Position numbers and translations under genes: made by a program | The notes under the pieces: model-generated | Database searches by the model: none | The model's input: only the letters and a program-made list of their open reading frames with translations | Told to the model about the DNA's origin: nothing | Source of the DNA: Vicugna vicugna | Lineage: Eukaryota | Assembly: GCA_013265495.1 (NCBI GenBank) | Contig: MU058423.1 | Span: forward strand, 3,797,061-3,861,060 | Direction: 5' to 3' | DNA length: 64,000 bases | Shown here: positions 37,845 through 51,250 of the stretch, one piece after another | How the letters are laid out: every line of letters begins with the position of its first letter | Position numbering within the stretch: position 1 is the stretch's first letter

Positions 37845-38365
37845 CCCGTTTCCACAAAGCAGCCAATGTGATCTTCTAAAAATGTATCTCAGGGTGTGCG
37901 CTCCCTGCCTAGAAACTCTTCAGTGGTTTCTCCATGAATGAACCGGCCCCTGCGAATCCCTTCAACCTCATCTTCCTTCCTTTCCTCCATTCTGTGCCTG
38001 CCGTCCCCTAGATTGCACCAATTCCACGCTCCCGACTCGAGGTCTTTTCACGTGCTGGTTCTCTTCCTGGAGCATTCCTCTCTGATCTTTACCTGGCTGG
38101 CCTCTTCTCTTTGAAACTTATGTGAAACTCCAAAAGTCACCTCCTAAGAGAGGCCCTGTCTATCTGAGATGGGTTTTCCATCCTTCACCGACCCAGCACT
38201 AAGAGAAGTTTCTCTGTAGCACTAATCTATAATTGTTCTATGTTTTTGTTTATTGTCTTCCTTTCCCATGTTGTCTTCATGTGGGTGGGACATTGTCTTG
38301 ATCATATTTTAGTGCTTGTCACATTTCCTGGCAATTTATGCTTATTTGCCGGATCAGTGAATACA
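37845..38365 (+). mobile_element. L2 3' region
   Basis: ccacaaagcagccaatgtgatcttctaaaa...ctccctgcctagaaactcttcagtggtttctc...cacgtgctggttctcttcctggagcattcc. Confidence 0.8.
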
Positions 38366-39477
38366 CATGCTATATAACATATTTCTCCTTGGATGTCTGA
38401 AAGCGCTTTGTCCTCAGAACTTTATGTTTGAAGGATATAATAACAGAAATGATTATTTTAGGAAACTTGAATGCTATGATTAGCAATGCTTCTGTTAGAT
38501 CTTCATCCATAGTAGATCTAAAGCAGAACATTGTTTCTTTATATTGGTATTTCTTGTACTTTATATTGTATTTCTCCAGAGACAGCTTCATGAGTCAAAG
38601 AGGTACCTCCTAACACATAACTTACACAAGACAGTGAATTTATACCAACTGCTTTCTTATACTTTTAGTCATCTAAGTCATTAGGGAATTTGTGTGTTTA
38701 CCTTCTGTTACATAGGTATTAAGGAACATTTGCTCCTCACTGTAAATTAAAATGAGCCTAGACTACTGTTTCCTCTCAGTATATTGGACTGGAAAGATTT
38801 TTAAGAATCGGTTATCAGAGAAATGAAGGTGAGATATTTTTATCTGGCAACCCCAGGACTTGAGAAAAGGACAAGACAGTTGGTGTAACTGTTGTCAGAG
38901 TTTAATCCTGCTCTCATCGTACTGCTATGATGATGGAACAGTTTGGAGGAAGTACTTGAGCATTACACATACGTATTTAAAGGCACTGCAAAAAGCTACG
39001 TAACAAATTCCCCCACCCTCATGTTTTTCCACTTGAAACTTAAAAATGATAAATTTCCATTACTCTGAGAAGTACAATTTGAGGCATCCTTATCTAATCG
39101 CCAAGATTTAAGAAATATTAACATTTTGTTACATTTGTTTCATATCATGTTCTTTTTTTATACGAAAATATGTTACTTATGTGGCTAAAGTGTCCATACT
39201 GCCTATGTTTTTTCTTTTCTCTCTCCCCAGAGTTGAATGCATGTATATGTTCACTCTGTGATACCAAGGGAATAAATAATCCCTGTTTGTAAGAAGCTGA
39301 TAGTAATACATTTTGAAGGAGAAAGGAAGTTAAATTGATAAAAGACAAAATATTTAGTTTCTTTGATGAAGTATGTTTTGCTTTTTCAGCTAAAGCCTTG
39401 TATCAAAGGTTCAGAAAAGTTTATAGCCTATCCCCACCACCCCCCAACCTGAGTTAAAAACAGATCACTGGGGCATA

Positions 39478-39625
39478 TTGTACAGCATGTACAGCACAGG
39501 GAAACCTAGTCATTATTTCGTAGTAACTTTCAATGGAGTATAAGCTATAAAAACATTGAATCACTATGCTGTACACCTGAAACTAATATAATATTGTAAA
39601 TCAATTATACTTCAGTGAAAAAAAT
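39478..39625 (+). mobile_element. LINE-1 3' terminus
   Basis: tgtacagcacagggaa...gaatcactatgctgtacacctgaaactaatataatattgtaaatcaattatacttca followed by an A-run. Confidence 0.88.
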
Positions 39626-40224
39626 CACTAATATATAACAAATAAAAAATCTGCACAGTAATAATTTTTTTTTAACAATTCTGGTGTCATGAAATTTAAT
39701 TGAACAAAACTCCATATATATTTTGACTAAAGAGATTGAACTTCTCTGGAAAGTCAGGCACTGCGGTGCAGGCCTGTGGAATAAATTTCCTTTTTAATTT
39801 TTTTCCCTAATGATGAGAGTGAAATGGCAAGAGTGAGGGATCAAGAGGGAGGCTAAATAACCAGCTGCCTAGAGCCCCGGCTTCGTGGGACTGTCCTCAG
39901 CCTTCACCTGCCTGCTACTATTTTGGACTCTTATTACTTCTGGATATATTCATAAGTGCTTTGTGTGCTAGTTGTGTGTTTTATCTACATCTATTCTTTA
40001 CATAAGTGAGTTCAGCTTTTTACAATTCAGCTTTAAAAAAAAAACAAACGTTTTTGAGATGAATCTCTGGTGGTCCATACAGTTCTGTAGGTCATTATTT
40101 TAACTGTTCTAGATAACCCCAATATAGAATATATCCTAGTTTATTTATCTAGTCTTCCTTCCTTCAGAGGAAGCAGATAAACTTGTGTCTGTTTGATTCC
40201 TGAGTACTTATTACTGAAAACATG

Positions 40225-40690
40225 ATCAGCGTTATATGGTTTAAAAAAAAAAAGGTGCTGGGTGCATTTCCACCGGACCTAGCTGAGGAGAATACATATG
40301 AGATGACGCAGCTGCCTTCCAGATGGATCCTGACTGGCTGGGGTTGGGCCCCTGGGGACTCCGAGATTAAACAGGGAGGCAGGTGCCCTTTCCTTGGGGA
40401 GACCTGCCTTTGGGCGTTTCCGATCTGCTGTGGGAGAGGGTTGTTTCTACCACAGGGTGCAGACAAGCCTGTCCTACCTCCCTAACCCCCTAAAACTTGG
40501 CCCGGGTGGCAGCTTCATCAGAGCACTTGGCCTGGCCAAGAGCCACCCCCTGCCCCGTGCCATTTAATGACTAGAGTGCTCCACTCCCTGTTGTCCTGCC
40601 TGAATAAATCGCCTCCGTGTGAATGGCGGCTGGAGCTCACGGACGTGGCCCTAGGGGATCTGGTCTCCTGAGTCATCAGTTGCCACGTGA
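40225..40690 (+). mobile_element. Probable ancient ERV/gypsy-type solo LTR, family unassigned
   Basis: GC-richer island with TATA-like cctaaaac followed about 110 nt later by aataaa and a U5-like tail; no family recognised with certainty. Confidence 0.35.
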
Positions 40691-40779
40691 AATCGTCAAG
40701 TTGAGTCTAGAGAGTGAGCTCAGAACAGTACATTGCATTCTTCTCTAAAACCCATTGGCTAATCTATGAGTGCTTTGCC

Positions 40780-41260
40780 TTTTCTCTTTCCTTCCTCCTC
40801 TTGAGTGATTGGCCTTGGCACAGCCACAGATTTATGGTAGCACCGAGAGAGATTGTCCCGGCCCGTTGTCAGTGCCCTCTCGTGTTCTGCCAGCCGCTTG
40901 GGAGATGCTCCCCAAGCTTGGCCTGTGGGTGGGACCCTCTCCTGTTACCTGGGCTGCGGCAGTGGTCACTTACCTGATCTTCCTTAATTCCCTGTCTTCC
41001 ATCTAATCGACATAATTTGGAAACACAGCTCTGACCCTGCCTCTCCTCTGCTGTTCGTGAGCCTTTGATGTCTCCTCCTGCTGCAGAGCACGAGGCTCAC
41101 AGTCCCTAAAGCAGCCTTGAAGGGTCTTCAAAGCCTGGCCCTGACCAGCCTGGCCCCTTTCATGTCTGGTCTTTTCCGTCCCACAGCCTCCCTGTGGCCG
41201 ACTGCTCACCGTCCAGCAGCCCTGCTGCCCGCTGGCAGGCCGTGCCCCTGCTCTGTACCG
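40780..41260 (+). mobile_element. L2 fragment
   Basis: ctgggctgcggcagtggtcacttacctgatcttcct...ccttgaagggtcttcaaagcctggccctgaccagcc. Confidence 0.6.
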
Positions 41261-41489
41261 GTGCCCTTCTGTGCCCTGGGGACTCCTGCTGTCTCTTCAG
41301 GATTTAGCCGCTGTTGTTGAAGGGTGTTGCTGTAGGGGTTTGGTGGGAGGTGGGCAGCCTCAGCCTCTGGACGTGCGGTGGAGTGAGTACTGCGCCAGAG
41401 GCGGGACAGCTGGCTGGAGACTGACTGGGCTCTGGTCCTGCTCAGTGATTCCGCTTCCGTAGATTCTCAGTGCAGGTTTGTCATCGACG

Positions 41490-41612
41490 AAATGATCCTT
41501 GTGAACCTGGAGCCGTCCTTGAACCTCTCTGTGCTTTAGTTGGCTCATTTCAGAAAAGAGGGCTTGGATAGTCATTCTTTTAGGTTTCTTCCAGATCTGG
41601 AAGTTTCATGAT
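41490..41612 (+). mobile_element. MIR3/MIRc-like SINE
   Basis: tgtgaacctggagccgtccttgaacctctctgtgctttagttggctcatttcagaaaagaggg...tcttccagatctgga. Confidence 0.65.
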
Positions 41613-41924
41613 ATTTCTTCTTTTGAACACTTTTCTATGCTTTCCCAATTATCTACCATGAGAATATGTTACTTTAAAAACTTGAGCTGCCAGGTCGATG
41701 TTCTTGACCCAAAGCAGACCAGAGAAAAAGCATTAAGTCTCAATCTCAAGAGTCCACGCAGGCAGGTCATTTGGCCTTGGGGTACGGTTTCTAAGTGACT
41801 CGACCTCAGTGCCGGGAGGTTTGCAGGACCAGGGCAGAGCTGAAATTGTGTAACCCGGGTCAGCATGGGCTTGTGAAACTGAATGGCTGCACGTGGCCAG
41901 TATAAATCAGGTAAGAAACTGACA

Positions 41925-42160
41925 GTGATTTCATTGAGCATCACTATGTCCACATGAGGGCCTTTGCATCAACTGTCTCATTTCATCCCAGCAGCTGCTC
42001 TGTGGAACTGACATGGTTATTTCAACTTTGTATATGAGAAAAGAGGCTCAGAGGAGTGCCCAGAGTCACTCAGTCACTACATTTTCAAGTCATTACTCAA
42101 GCATAGGTTCATCAGTTCTGAAGTCCGTGTTCTTTTTGTTAATACATCACGTGGCTTCTC
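41925..42160 (-). mobile_element. MIR SINE
   Basis: tcattgagcatcactatgt...ttgtatatgagaaaagaggctcagagg. Confidence 0.7.
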
Positions 42161-42354
42161 TGTCAGGCAGTAGAATGAGTGCCTGTAAGTGCCTGATGGA
42201 GAGGCCAGGGTTTTGGAAGGTTTTGGAGGTACCTGTATCTTGAACAAATAGTGCCTTGATCATTGGCAGAGAGTGCTTGAATTTCATTCCAAATGTCCCA
42301 TCTTCTCAAAAAAAGCGCTTTACCGCTGCTTCAGAAACTCTGTTCATTAGCATC

Positions 42355-42855
42355 TCTGTCAATCAGGATTCCTAGCTGTAAGGCACAGAAGCAGACTCTG
42401 GCTGACTTAAATAAAAAAGAAAGTGACTTAAAGCACATCCAGTTGCTCACAGAATCTCTGGGAGGGTCTTGGAGCAGGCAGCCGGGATTCATGCCTACAC
42501 CCACACCACTGAACTTGTCTGGTGATGAGCTGGCCAGGGGCACTGTCCTTACCACTTGTCAGTTGTCCTGGACTCCAGCCTCTGCTGCTGGAACCCTGAT
42601 TTAGGTGCTGCCACTTGCCTTGCTTTTGAATTTTTCTAAGCTTCCTAGTCCGAGTCTGGGGCTGGAGTATCTGATTAGCAGAAAGTAGGTTATGAGCTTA
42701 GGCTGTAGCTGCCAGGGGGGCTGAGATGTGAGTGTTGGACATTTTTACTTACAGAGTAGGAGGTGGGCTTTTCCTCCTAAGATGGGCGTTCTTCAAACAT
42801 AGGACGGTGATTCAGATACGTGGTAGCTAAAGAGAATGACAGATGGACACTGCAG
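42355..42855 (-). mobile_element. Old MaLR solo LTR (MLT1M/N-like)
   Basis: tcaatcaggattcctagctgtaaggcacagaagcagactctggctgacttaaataaaaaag...gctcacagaatc...tatctgattagcagaaagtaggt. Confidence 0.7.
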
Positions 42856-44589
42856 CATCCAGTCATGTTTAGATTCTTGTAGAGCAGGTTTCCTCCTCAT
42901 GTTTATAAGAAAACTGAGAGGGAGTTTTTCAGTCTCTTGGGGTAGAAGCTTTGGCAGTCTTTCTTATTCATCATCTGGAATCAGTTGTCGCCAAATTCTA
43001 CTGATGCTCTAAATCAGGTTCAGGTCCCCTCCTTCCTGTCTGTTACTGGAGCATAACTCCATTCTGGGTCTTCACGACCTTGAGGTTGGATTTTCTCAGT
43101 AATCTCCCCTCTGGCCTCTCCAATACCGATTTCTTCTTCTTTTGGATCTATCCTGCGGATTCCTGTCAGAGTGCTCTTTCCTAGTGCTGTTTTCATCGTG
43201 CTGCTTCATTGCTCACAATTGTTACGGTTAACCATTGGCAGACTCAGGAGTCAGTGACCGTTTAATAAGTGATACGCAGTTTGGGTCATTTGTGATTTGG
43301 GTACCATTAGTGGCTGATAAAAGAGAGTGTCAGGGGAGGAAGGTGGCTCTTGCTTCTGCTGCCCCCTGTCTAGAGTGTGATCCCTTTCTTTCCAGTGTCA
43401 AAGACTCTACCTTTTCTTGAGTGTGTATTCTCTCCTTTTCTGTGACGTCCCCATATCACTCCAGACTTTCCTGTTGATCTCTCTCTCTTTGCTACTTTCA
43501 TATTTATGAATCTGCACTCCATAGTTTATTATTTAGGAGTGTTTTCTAATTTCATCAAGTGTTTTTAATTCTCGTAATCTTATATCCCTCCCTACTCCCC
43601 ACCCCAAGTCCTTAAGGGGAAGAACCATGGCATATACTTAGGTTTATTCTATTCTCGGTGTTACACCCATAACAGATTCTTGATTGATTGAATGGGAAAT
43701 ATGTAACCTTGGATGTATGTTCTAGTTTGTGTTGTATTTTTCAATGACGTTGGAAGGAAGGAACCTGATTTAGCAGTTCTGGATCAGTCATGGCTTAGAG
43801 CGCTGCACTCCATGCGTGTTACTCTCCACGTGGAAGCTAATGCTGAGTACACTAGAAATCGTGCTGTGTGTATAACCTGAACCACAGCTGTTCACATCTG
43901 ATATTGACCAGGTATGTACAATTAATGTCCACTGTTCCTACTCTTTGGAAATCCGTATATGAAATAATAAGGAAAAAGCACAGCCATTATCAGGGTATTT
44001 TAGGTAATAAAACACATGTGACACACAAGGGAGTAGACAGTTTTTTTCCCCTAGGATTTTTCCTTGTGTTTGTTATAGGATTTCCAACCTTCTGTATTTC
44101 TTTGAGGCATCTTGACATTGGGATTGTTCCTCACTGAGCTGCGCAGATCCTGCCTGTGCACAAGAGTGTCATCTTTGCCAGCAGCATCAGACAGAATGTA
44201 ATTTAGGGTATTGAGCTGTCATGCTAAGTAACTCTCTGCTAGCCCACACTTGTAGAGCTCTGCCTCTCTCTAAACTTTCGTTAATGATACTGTTTGAATA
44301 TTTCTTTTTAAACTTCGTGTCCTAAGAGTATGTGATTTTGTTTAATTTCACGTGTGCCATTATTAATCTTGTGTTTGCTCCCAAAGGAGGGGGTAATAAT
44401 GGCTTCTGTAACAGCAGGCACTTTGGTGTGAAGCATAGGGTTGGGGGTTTGTCCACTCGTAGACAGTGATGTGACCTCTTGCCTTCTTGTTGCAACTTGA
44501 AAAACCTTAAAGCAACATAAAAATTGCAGTCTATATTATCTAATCTGTGAATTATTCTTGTTTCATAGAAAGTCTTCTAGAAGCCAAAG

Positions 44590-45250
44590 GGCATTTCTCA
44601 GAGGGGCCCCGAGATACGTAGTGTGTGAACAATCATCATATTTCTTCTCCTTGGATTTGCTCTTTTTGATTTGTCTTTGTGGTGGTTAGCAGTTTTCATA
44701 TTGATTTCTAAAAGTTGCTTGGATAGTAAAAACTCTTTGTCTTTAATGTGTCTGATTTGGTTTGTGATTCTTTTGCTATGTAACAGTTTTACATTTGTAT
44801 GAATTGCAGTCTGTTGAAATGTTCCATTACAGTTTCTCCCCATCATGAGACATTTTTTAATCAATTAGAATTTCTCTGGTGTATGGTGAAAAGGTCATTG
44901 ACTTTTTGCCATTCGGATCATATTCAGCCAGTTCTGTCTTATTTAGTATCTGTGCCTGGCCAGATTTTTCTCTACTTTGCTTTCTATAAAAGGCTTTTCC
45001 AAAATGTCATCCTGTTTTTAAATAGTGTCAGCCTACCTCTTCATTTGTGCAGGTGAATAATCATCCCTGTGTGGGTCTGACTGCTGGGCCCCTCGCTTCT
45101 TTGTCCGGGTCACCTGAAGGCACAGAGAGAGCCTTGCGACCTCACTGGATACAGGGGTGCTCACTACACGGTACTTGTTCACCTTCTAAACAGCTTTAGA
45201 ATGATTCAGGCCTTGTTTCCTGAGCGTGAAATGAGATTAAAAAAAAAACA
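44590..45250 (-). mobile_element. Old LINE-1 (L1ME) ORF2 fragment
   Basis: ttttcatattgatttctaaaagttgcttggata...aatcaattagaatttctctggtgtatggtgaaa. Confidence 0.6.
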
Positions 45251-47354
45251 AACCCAAACCTTGTCAATTTTATTTCTTTCATCTTTATGTGGCCTTCAGT
45301 GTCTGTCTAAGAAGAAAATTAACTTGCCTTTTAATTCAGAACACATTCATGAGTCAGGAAAGGCCTTTTAAAAGTTGAACTGTCCACATGTTCCTGAAAC
45401 CAAAAGACCTTTTTGAGAATACTGTTTTTTCGTCTCTTACTTCCTGTTTCTTAAAATTACTTTTGGGGGCTTTTTACATGTTTTCCTTTTTTTTTTTTCC
45501 CCTTTTTATTTTCTTTTGTCTTTGTGGTTCTCACTGCGGCCTTTCCCTTGTTTTCCATTTTCCTTCCCTGACGTCTGGTCCTCTTGCCTGACGTTCCTGT
45601 TTTTCACGCGTTTTCCTGCTGTCTTCTTACTGCTCATTATGGGATGATCTCAGGACATCCGGATGAATGGAAAAAGTGTGTTTGGGAGCTTCGCTGTTAC
45701 ATGATTACTTGTTTGGTGATACAAAGATAAAAATTGCCCAAGTAAAGTACTAAGTGGGGGTGGGAGAAAAAAAGAGCTAACCTATAGATTTACCAGCTGA
45801 AAAAGCCCAAGTTCTGAGATGTATTTCAGTCTTGTCATATACATACAGTGATTAAAGCAACATTCAAATGGACTGTGTTTTTTGAATTTTCATGACATAG
45901 GAAAATTTCCTTGAGTTTACCAATTTACAAAACTGTCATCATTTCTTTAGTTGAAGGTGAAAATAGAGTACGCGAAATGGAAAGTCTGACTCGCTCAGGT
46001 CTCTGTGTGATAACGTTAGTCTCTTCTGGTTCTGAGAAGCAATCATGTAGCTCCTGCCACACTTCTGTATATTTCTCTTCTGATCTCCTGTGGCTCTGAA
46101 GGAGTGGGAAGCTGAGGGAGAGGCCCGAGTCCCCATGGGAGCAGGAATGCCGGGGAGACACTATATCTCCAGGGTGGCTGCTCCCAGACTCCCAAAAGCA
46201 GGAGCCGAGGCTGGGGATGGAGAATCCTGGTCCAGGCTGCTACCATTGGAGTCCCTAGGGTTTGCCCTGCCAGTGGCAATTTATCAGCAGAATTTTATCA
46301 CCTTTTTCTTGTATGACAAAATGTTTGTTAAAAGGGAAGAAGTTATTTCAGAAAATATGGTCTTTATAAAAATACAAGCTTCTAGAGATGTTTTGCAAAA
46401 TGTGTTTTTATGATAATCTGTTATTTTCTAGTAACAGTAAGTGATGCTGTCACTTGAGGGTTCTTAACACCTTTCTAGCAGTGTTTCTCTAGGAAATTCA
46501 AATCACTGAAACCTTTTCAAACAGTTTTCTTTGTGCTAACGTATACAAATAAAAAGATGTTTTGTAAATTATTTCTATCGTTCTCAAATGAGATGTGTCT
46601 AGGATTGTAACAGATTGTAATCTGCAGTAATTGTAGAAATAGCTGCCTTTGCCTAGTGACTTTTATGTTGTCGTTTTGCAATCTTGAAGTATCCTCTCCC
46701 CTCTTTTAGTGCATTTTGGATATATTTTTTCTGTACCTAATTTATAAGCTCCTAGGTTTTTAGATTTTTTTTTGTTTCCTTTATAATGTTTAGAAACAAG
46801 ATCTTGCATATTGTCAATGCTCATAAAAGATTTGTGATTAGACTTGTCTGTAAATTAGAGATGTATTAAGGATCGCAAGAATCCAGATGACGCCTGTGCC
46901 ACGTTACCACCCAGGGACTGAAAACCTGGCGCTGTCACCGTAATGCTCTTTTCTGCCCTAGAAATGGGATCTCCCTTGTTGAATGTGTTAAATATTTCAC
47001 TCATTCCATGGTCTTTTCACTGAAAGTTAGGTAACGTTAATTTCCCAGACTCTTAGGTTGTGTCTAATTATAGTAATGACTCCACCACAAAACATTGCCA
47101 AATCGACAGTGGATAAAGGAAACCTTCAGGAACTAGCTCTAAGAAAGGGACTGTGTGGTTTTGCTTATTTTTTCAGTTGCCAAAAATAACACAAGAATCG
47201 CTTCAAGGGGGGAGAAAAATCACAGGAGCACCTCAGAATACTTCTTAAGGATCAAAGGCACGATCGGATAATGCAACAATACCCTTTCCTTTGGGCAAGT
47301 TCCACGCCTTGCGAGCAGTTCAGAATAGCTTAATTGTAGGGAAGTTATAAAAAA

Positions 47355-47625
47355 AGAAATCCTCCACGGTTTAACAGTATACATCCGGAACATTTAAAGT
47401 GTTTGTACCCTTTGGCCCAGAAACATCACTTCTAGGAATTATTATCAGGGAATAATTAGACACATGGACAAATATTTAGATACAAAAGTATCCTTGTCAT
47501 TGTTTGTAATTGTGCTAAGTTGGGGAGAAACCTCTTGTGTTCAACAATAGGGTACTGATTAAGTACATTATAACCTCTTACCCCATAGAGTACTGTGTAG
47601 CCCCCCAAACAGTCATTTTATATAT
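47355..47625 (+). mobile_element. Old LINE-1 (L1ME) ORF2-end fragment
   Basis: taccctttggcccagaaacatcacttctaggaatt...tgttcaacaataggg...gagtactgtgtagcc. Confidence 0.75.
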
Positions 47626-50576
47626 TTTAAAAAAGAGTATATGCTCTGGGTCGTTGAGGCCACGTCTGAGATTGGAACAGATCTAGGGTTTCCTGTGTTT
47701 GGAATTGAGGATGACTTGTAGGGGCAGCTGATCATTAACAGGGCTTTGGATCATGAGGTGCCCCGACTGTAAGTTTTGAGAGCAGGGGCCAAATGTGACC
47801 CCCAGTTAAAGTGGAAGAGTATTTCTGAGTTTTCAAACTTAATTTCCAGTTTACCAGTAGTCGTGGAAAAATGAGATGCCAACAAAAATATAATACGGTA
47901 AGAAAATAATGTTTAGAGTTTTCAAAGCAATTTGGAAAAAGGAGGCGGATGTTTGGAATTGGCTGTTTATGTGCATTGACGGCATTTGTCTCTTCTAATC
48001 ACTTTTCATTAAAAGCACTTTCTTCCTTCGGAGGCCTAGCACCCGTGCTCTTGTCATTCATCTTTGTGATGCCTGTGATCCCTGTGGTTTATGGGCAGTA
48101 TCTCAGCATTAGCATCGCTTCGCCCGTCTGTGTTCCATATTCCTACTAAAGGTGGACATTTTAGCATCAAAACTTTCAGAAATCCTGTGTCAGCTAAGCC
48201 TCCCAGGACATTGTGTAAATGATCTCTATTTTGAGTCCTAATTAAATATGTATGTTGAAAGCATTTTTCTAAACAAGCGTTTGGATCCTGACATCAGTCA
48301 TCATCATTCAAGTGTGTGAAAATAGCCAAAATTCTGTCTCGGCTGATGATCTGAGCACTACATTTCTGTAAATTGTTAAATCCTCACACTTGTACAAGTT
48401 TTTGAGGGAGAACAGTCACATTGCTCAGTTTCTGTTCCCCCAGATCCTGGACCTAGACACTGAAATATGTTGCCACATTCCCTACAAAAGGGGAAAAAGA
48501 AAATCCAAGATGCATTTTCTTGTTGCTTTTAAAGAAACATTTGTTTACAGTTAAGTTACATTTAATTCTTTTCCAAGGCAAAGTCAGAAGGCCGAGGTCT
48601 AACCTGGGTTGCTGGCATTGGGCGAGCAGATCGTAGGGGTGGGTGTGGAAAGTAGTGGGTCTCACGGTCATGCCAATTTGCACCGTGCAAAGCTAGGGGG
48701 CGCCCTTCAAGGCAGTTTACTATGTGCACAGAGTGCAAGGCCATGTGCAGTGGCCCTCCAGCACCCCTCCCCTGCCCTCCTTCTGGCTTGTCCCTTGGAG
48801 GAGCAGAGGTGTTAAGGGGAATCAGGTCGGTGCTACGTAATCAAACCTCCTGTGATTCTCTTTAAAAGTCCTGTTTCAATGTAGACGAGCAGAATAAATC
48901 AGGTGGCCTTTTAGGACGGGGGTGATTAGTAATAGTCTCTACCAGATAAGGAGAGAAGCAGCAGAGGTAAGCCCTAAACGTTGAGTCCAATTGCAATGGC
49001 AAGAAAGTGCTGTAGCTTCCAGCCCTCCCCTTTCACTGGCCTGTTTGAGAAAGGACGGAGGAGGGAGCATTGGCATTTGCACTGAAATAATCTGTCTTGG
49101 AAAAGTACTCTGATTTGAAGTGATCATTTTGACACCTAGAAACCAAGAGTTTCAGTGGCTTTAAAGTAAGTCTTTTCTGAGTTGCACTGCTGAGCACTAG
49201 AAAAAAACCCGCTGTGCTTCAGCACGTTTGTGGTGACATCAGGTTTGCTCTGCAGCGTTAGGAGGGGTGACCTCCTCAGTCCAGGGAGTAGTTAGGATTG
49301 TCTGCCATGCTTTATTATATGATTCAAGCGGGAAATATTAGTATTTTCACAACAACGAAAATGGTGCCAAATATTCCAAAACGTATTCCTACCCTCAAGG
49401 GCTGAAAATAGTAAGAAGGCATTATTGGTGGAAAGTAAGTTGCTCTATTAATTTACATATTATTCTGTGCTTGTGCCAGACAACCTTCCCTGACTTTTGT
49501 GTGTGTGACTGGATTTACGTCTACCTCAGTTACCATTCCAACAAATTTGGGTCTAAAAAAATTAAATGGAGAGTAATGAGTGTTTCATCTGCATTATTGT
49601 GGTTTTAGATTTTTTTTTTCCATCTAACAGAAACTGACATCTGTTTTTTTTTTCCGCTGAGTGAACACCAGACACAGAAGAGGCAAATAAGGAAACTGAT
49701 TCTGAATCAGGAAATTTCTCAAGATTAATTGCTTTTTCAACATATGCCCATAGACTGTATAAGGTACAAATATGGTATAAAGTCCACACTTCGCACAGCT
49801 AAATGGAAAGTACTCTTTCAAAGGACTGTAATTGTCTCAAGAAAGAGTAAGGTTGCCGCTCCACAAAGAATTTTGGGTCTCTCACCACTTTTTCTGGACC
49901 AGTTCTTCCTTCATCAGTTTTAAGGTTTGGGCTTTTGACAATCTTTTATTTGAACCAAAGTCTGGTACCACAGAGCAGTAAGGAAAAGTTGAAAACCATT
50001 TCTGTTTGCTGTACAGTTCTTAAACCCTCTTTGCATTAAAAAATTTTTGAGTGAAAGTTGATGTACAACTATTAGTAAACCTTCAAACAGTACAGAAATG
50101 TTACAAAATAAAAACAAAAGTGAAATGAGTAGCAGTTTCACTTCCTAGATAGCCACTGTCGTTGACAGTCTGACGTCTGTCCTTGAATGTCCCGTCTGTG
50201 GGATGCACATGTGGCCTTGGCTGGCGGATCTGGTGGGAGGCAGTGGTGCAGCGGCCAGGTCTGAGAGGACCCTTTCCTATTTCTGCTCAGGCCTCTTACC
50301 CTTTCTAGAGCAGCGGGAGGGCGAGAGACCTTCTCAAACAGCCTCCCTTTTAGAAGGTAGAATCGGGGAAGATGCTCAAAAATGCATTCCTTGTTCCTTT
50401 GTTGCTTTGTGTTCCTTCCACAGGACTGTGTACGTCCTATGGACCCGTGTGTACTTTGCACTTTTTAAATCGGGAACGTGTCTAGATTAACACTCAGGGG
50501 AACGCAGAGGGCTAAAGGGAATGACTTTTAAAGTGGTGTTCTTGGATTATTCTCTTCATGACTTATCCCTCTCTGT

Positions 50577-50763
50577 CAGTGGTTCTTAAAGTGTGATCCT
50601 TAGTGTGACAACCAGTGACGTCTTAGAACTGGTTAGAAATGCAAATTCTGAGGCCCCAGCCCAGGCCTGCCGCGTTGGAAACTCTGGCGGGGAGGCGCGG
50701 CACCTGGGCTTTAAGTCACCAGGCGGCGCTGATGCAGGGCGTGGTTTGCTCTGAGAACTCCTG
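50577..50763 (+). mobile_element. MER5A hAT-Charlie DNA transposon
   Basis: cagtggttcttaaagtgtg...gttagaaatgcaaattctgaggcccc...tgagaactcctg; 7/8 TSD ctctctgt (50569-50576) / ctctctat (50764-50771). Confidence 0.88.
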
Positions 50764-50944
50764 CTCTCTATAAAAGCAAAGATTTAAAAATTCTCTTAAA
50801 CTCGGTCTTTCTCCTCATTCTCCACTCTCTTTTACCCTAACCCAGAAGCAGCACTTTTGCTGAGACCTCACGTTGGTTTCCTAAGCGCTGTGCTCTGGTA
50901 CCGCTGCTGTTTTTCTGTCTTGAAGGTCACTGTCCACTGCTGTC

Positions 50945-51250
50945 CACGCAGCAAGTCTCTAATCATTTTTTAAAACTCTGTTCCAGTATCACTCACTGAG
51001 CGCCTCCCCTGACTGACCCTTAGATCCAGTTGGTCTTGACTCTTGTGCTTTTTGGAGCCGTGTGGGTACCTTGTTGGTAGCGCTTCACGTTTGATTGCAG
51101 TGGCTGGTTTACGCATCTCTCTCCCCCATATTCTTGGGAATTCCTTGAGGAACGGGCTGCATCATTCGCGTCTTTTTATCCCTGACACCTGCTGGAATCT
51201 GTGGCATGGGCACGTGCTCGGTAAATATATATTAAGTGAAGGATGAAGTG
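50945..51250 (+). mobile_element. L2 3' end
   Basis: aattccttgaggaacgggctgc...tggcatgggcacgtgctcggtaaatatattaagtgaaggatgaa. Confidence 0.7.
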
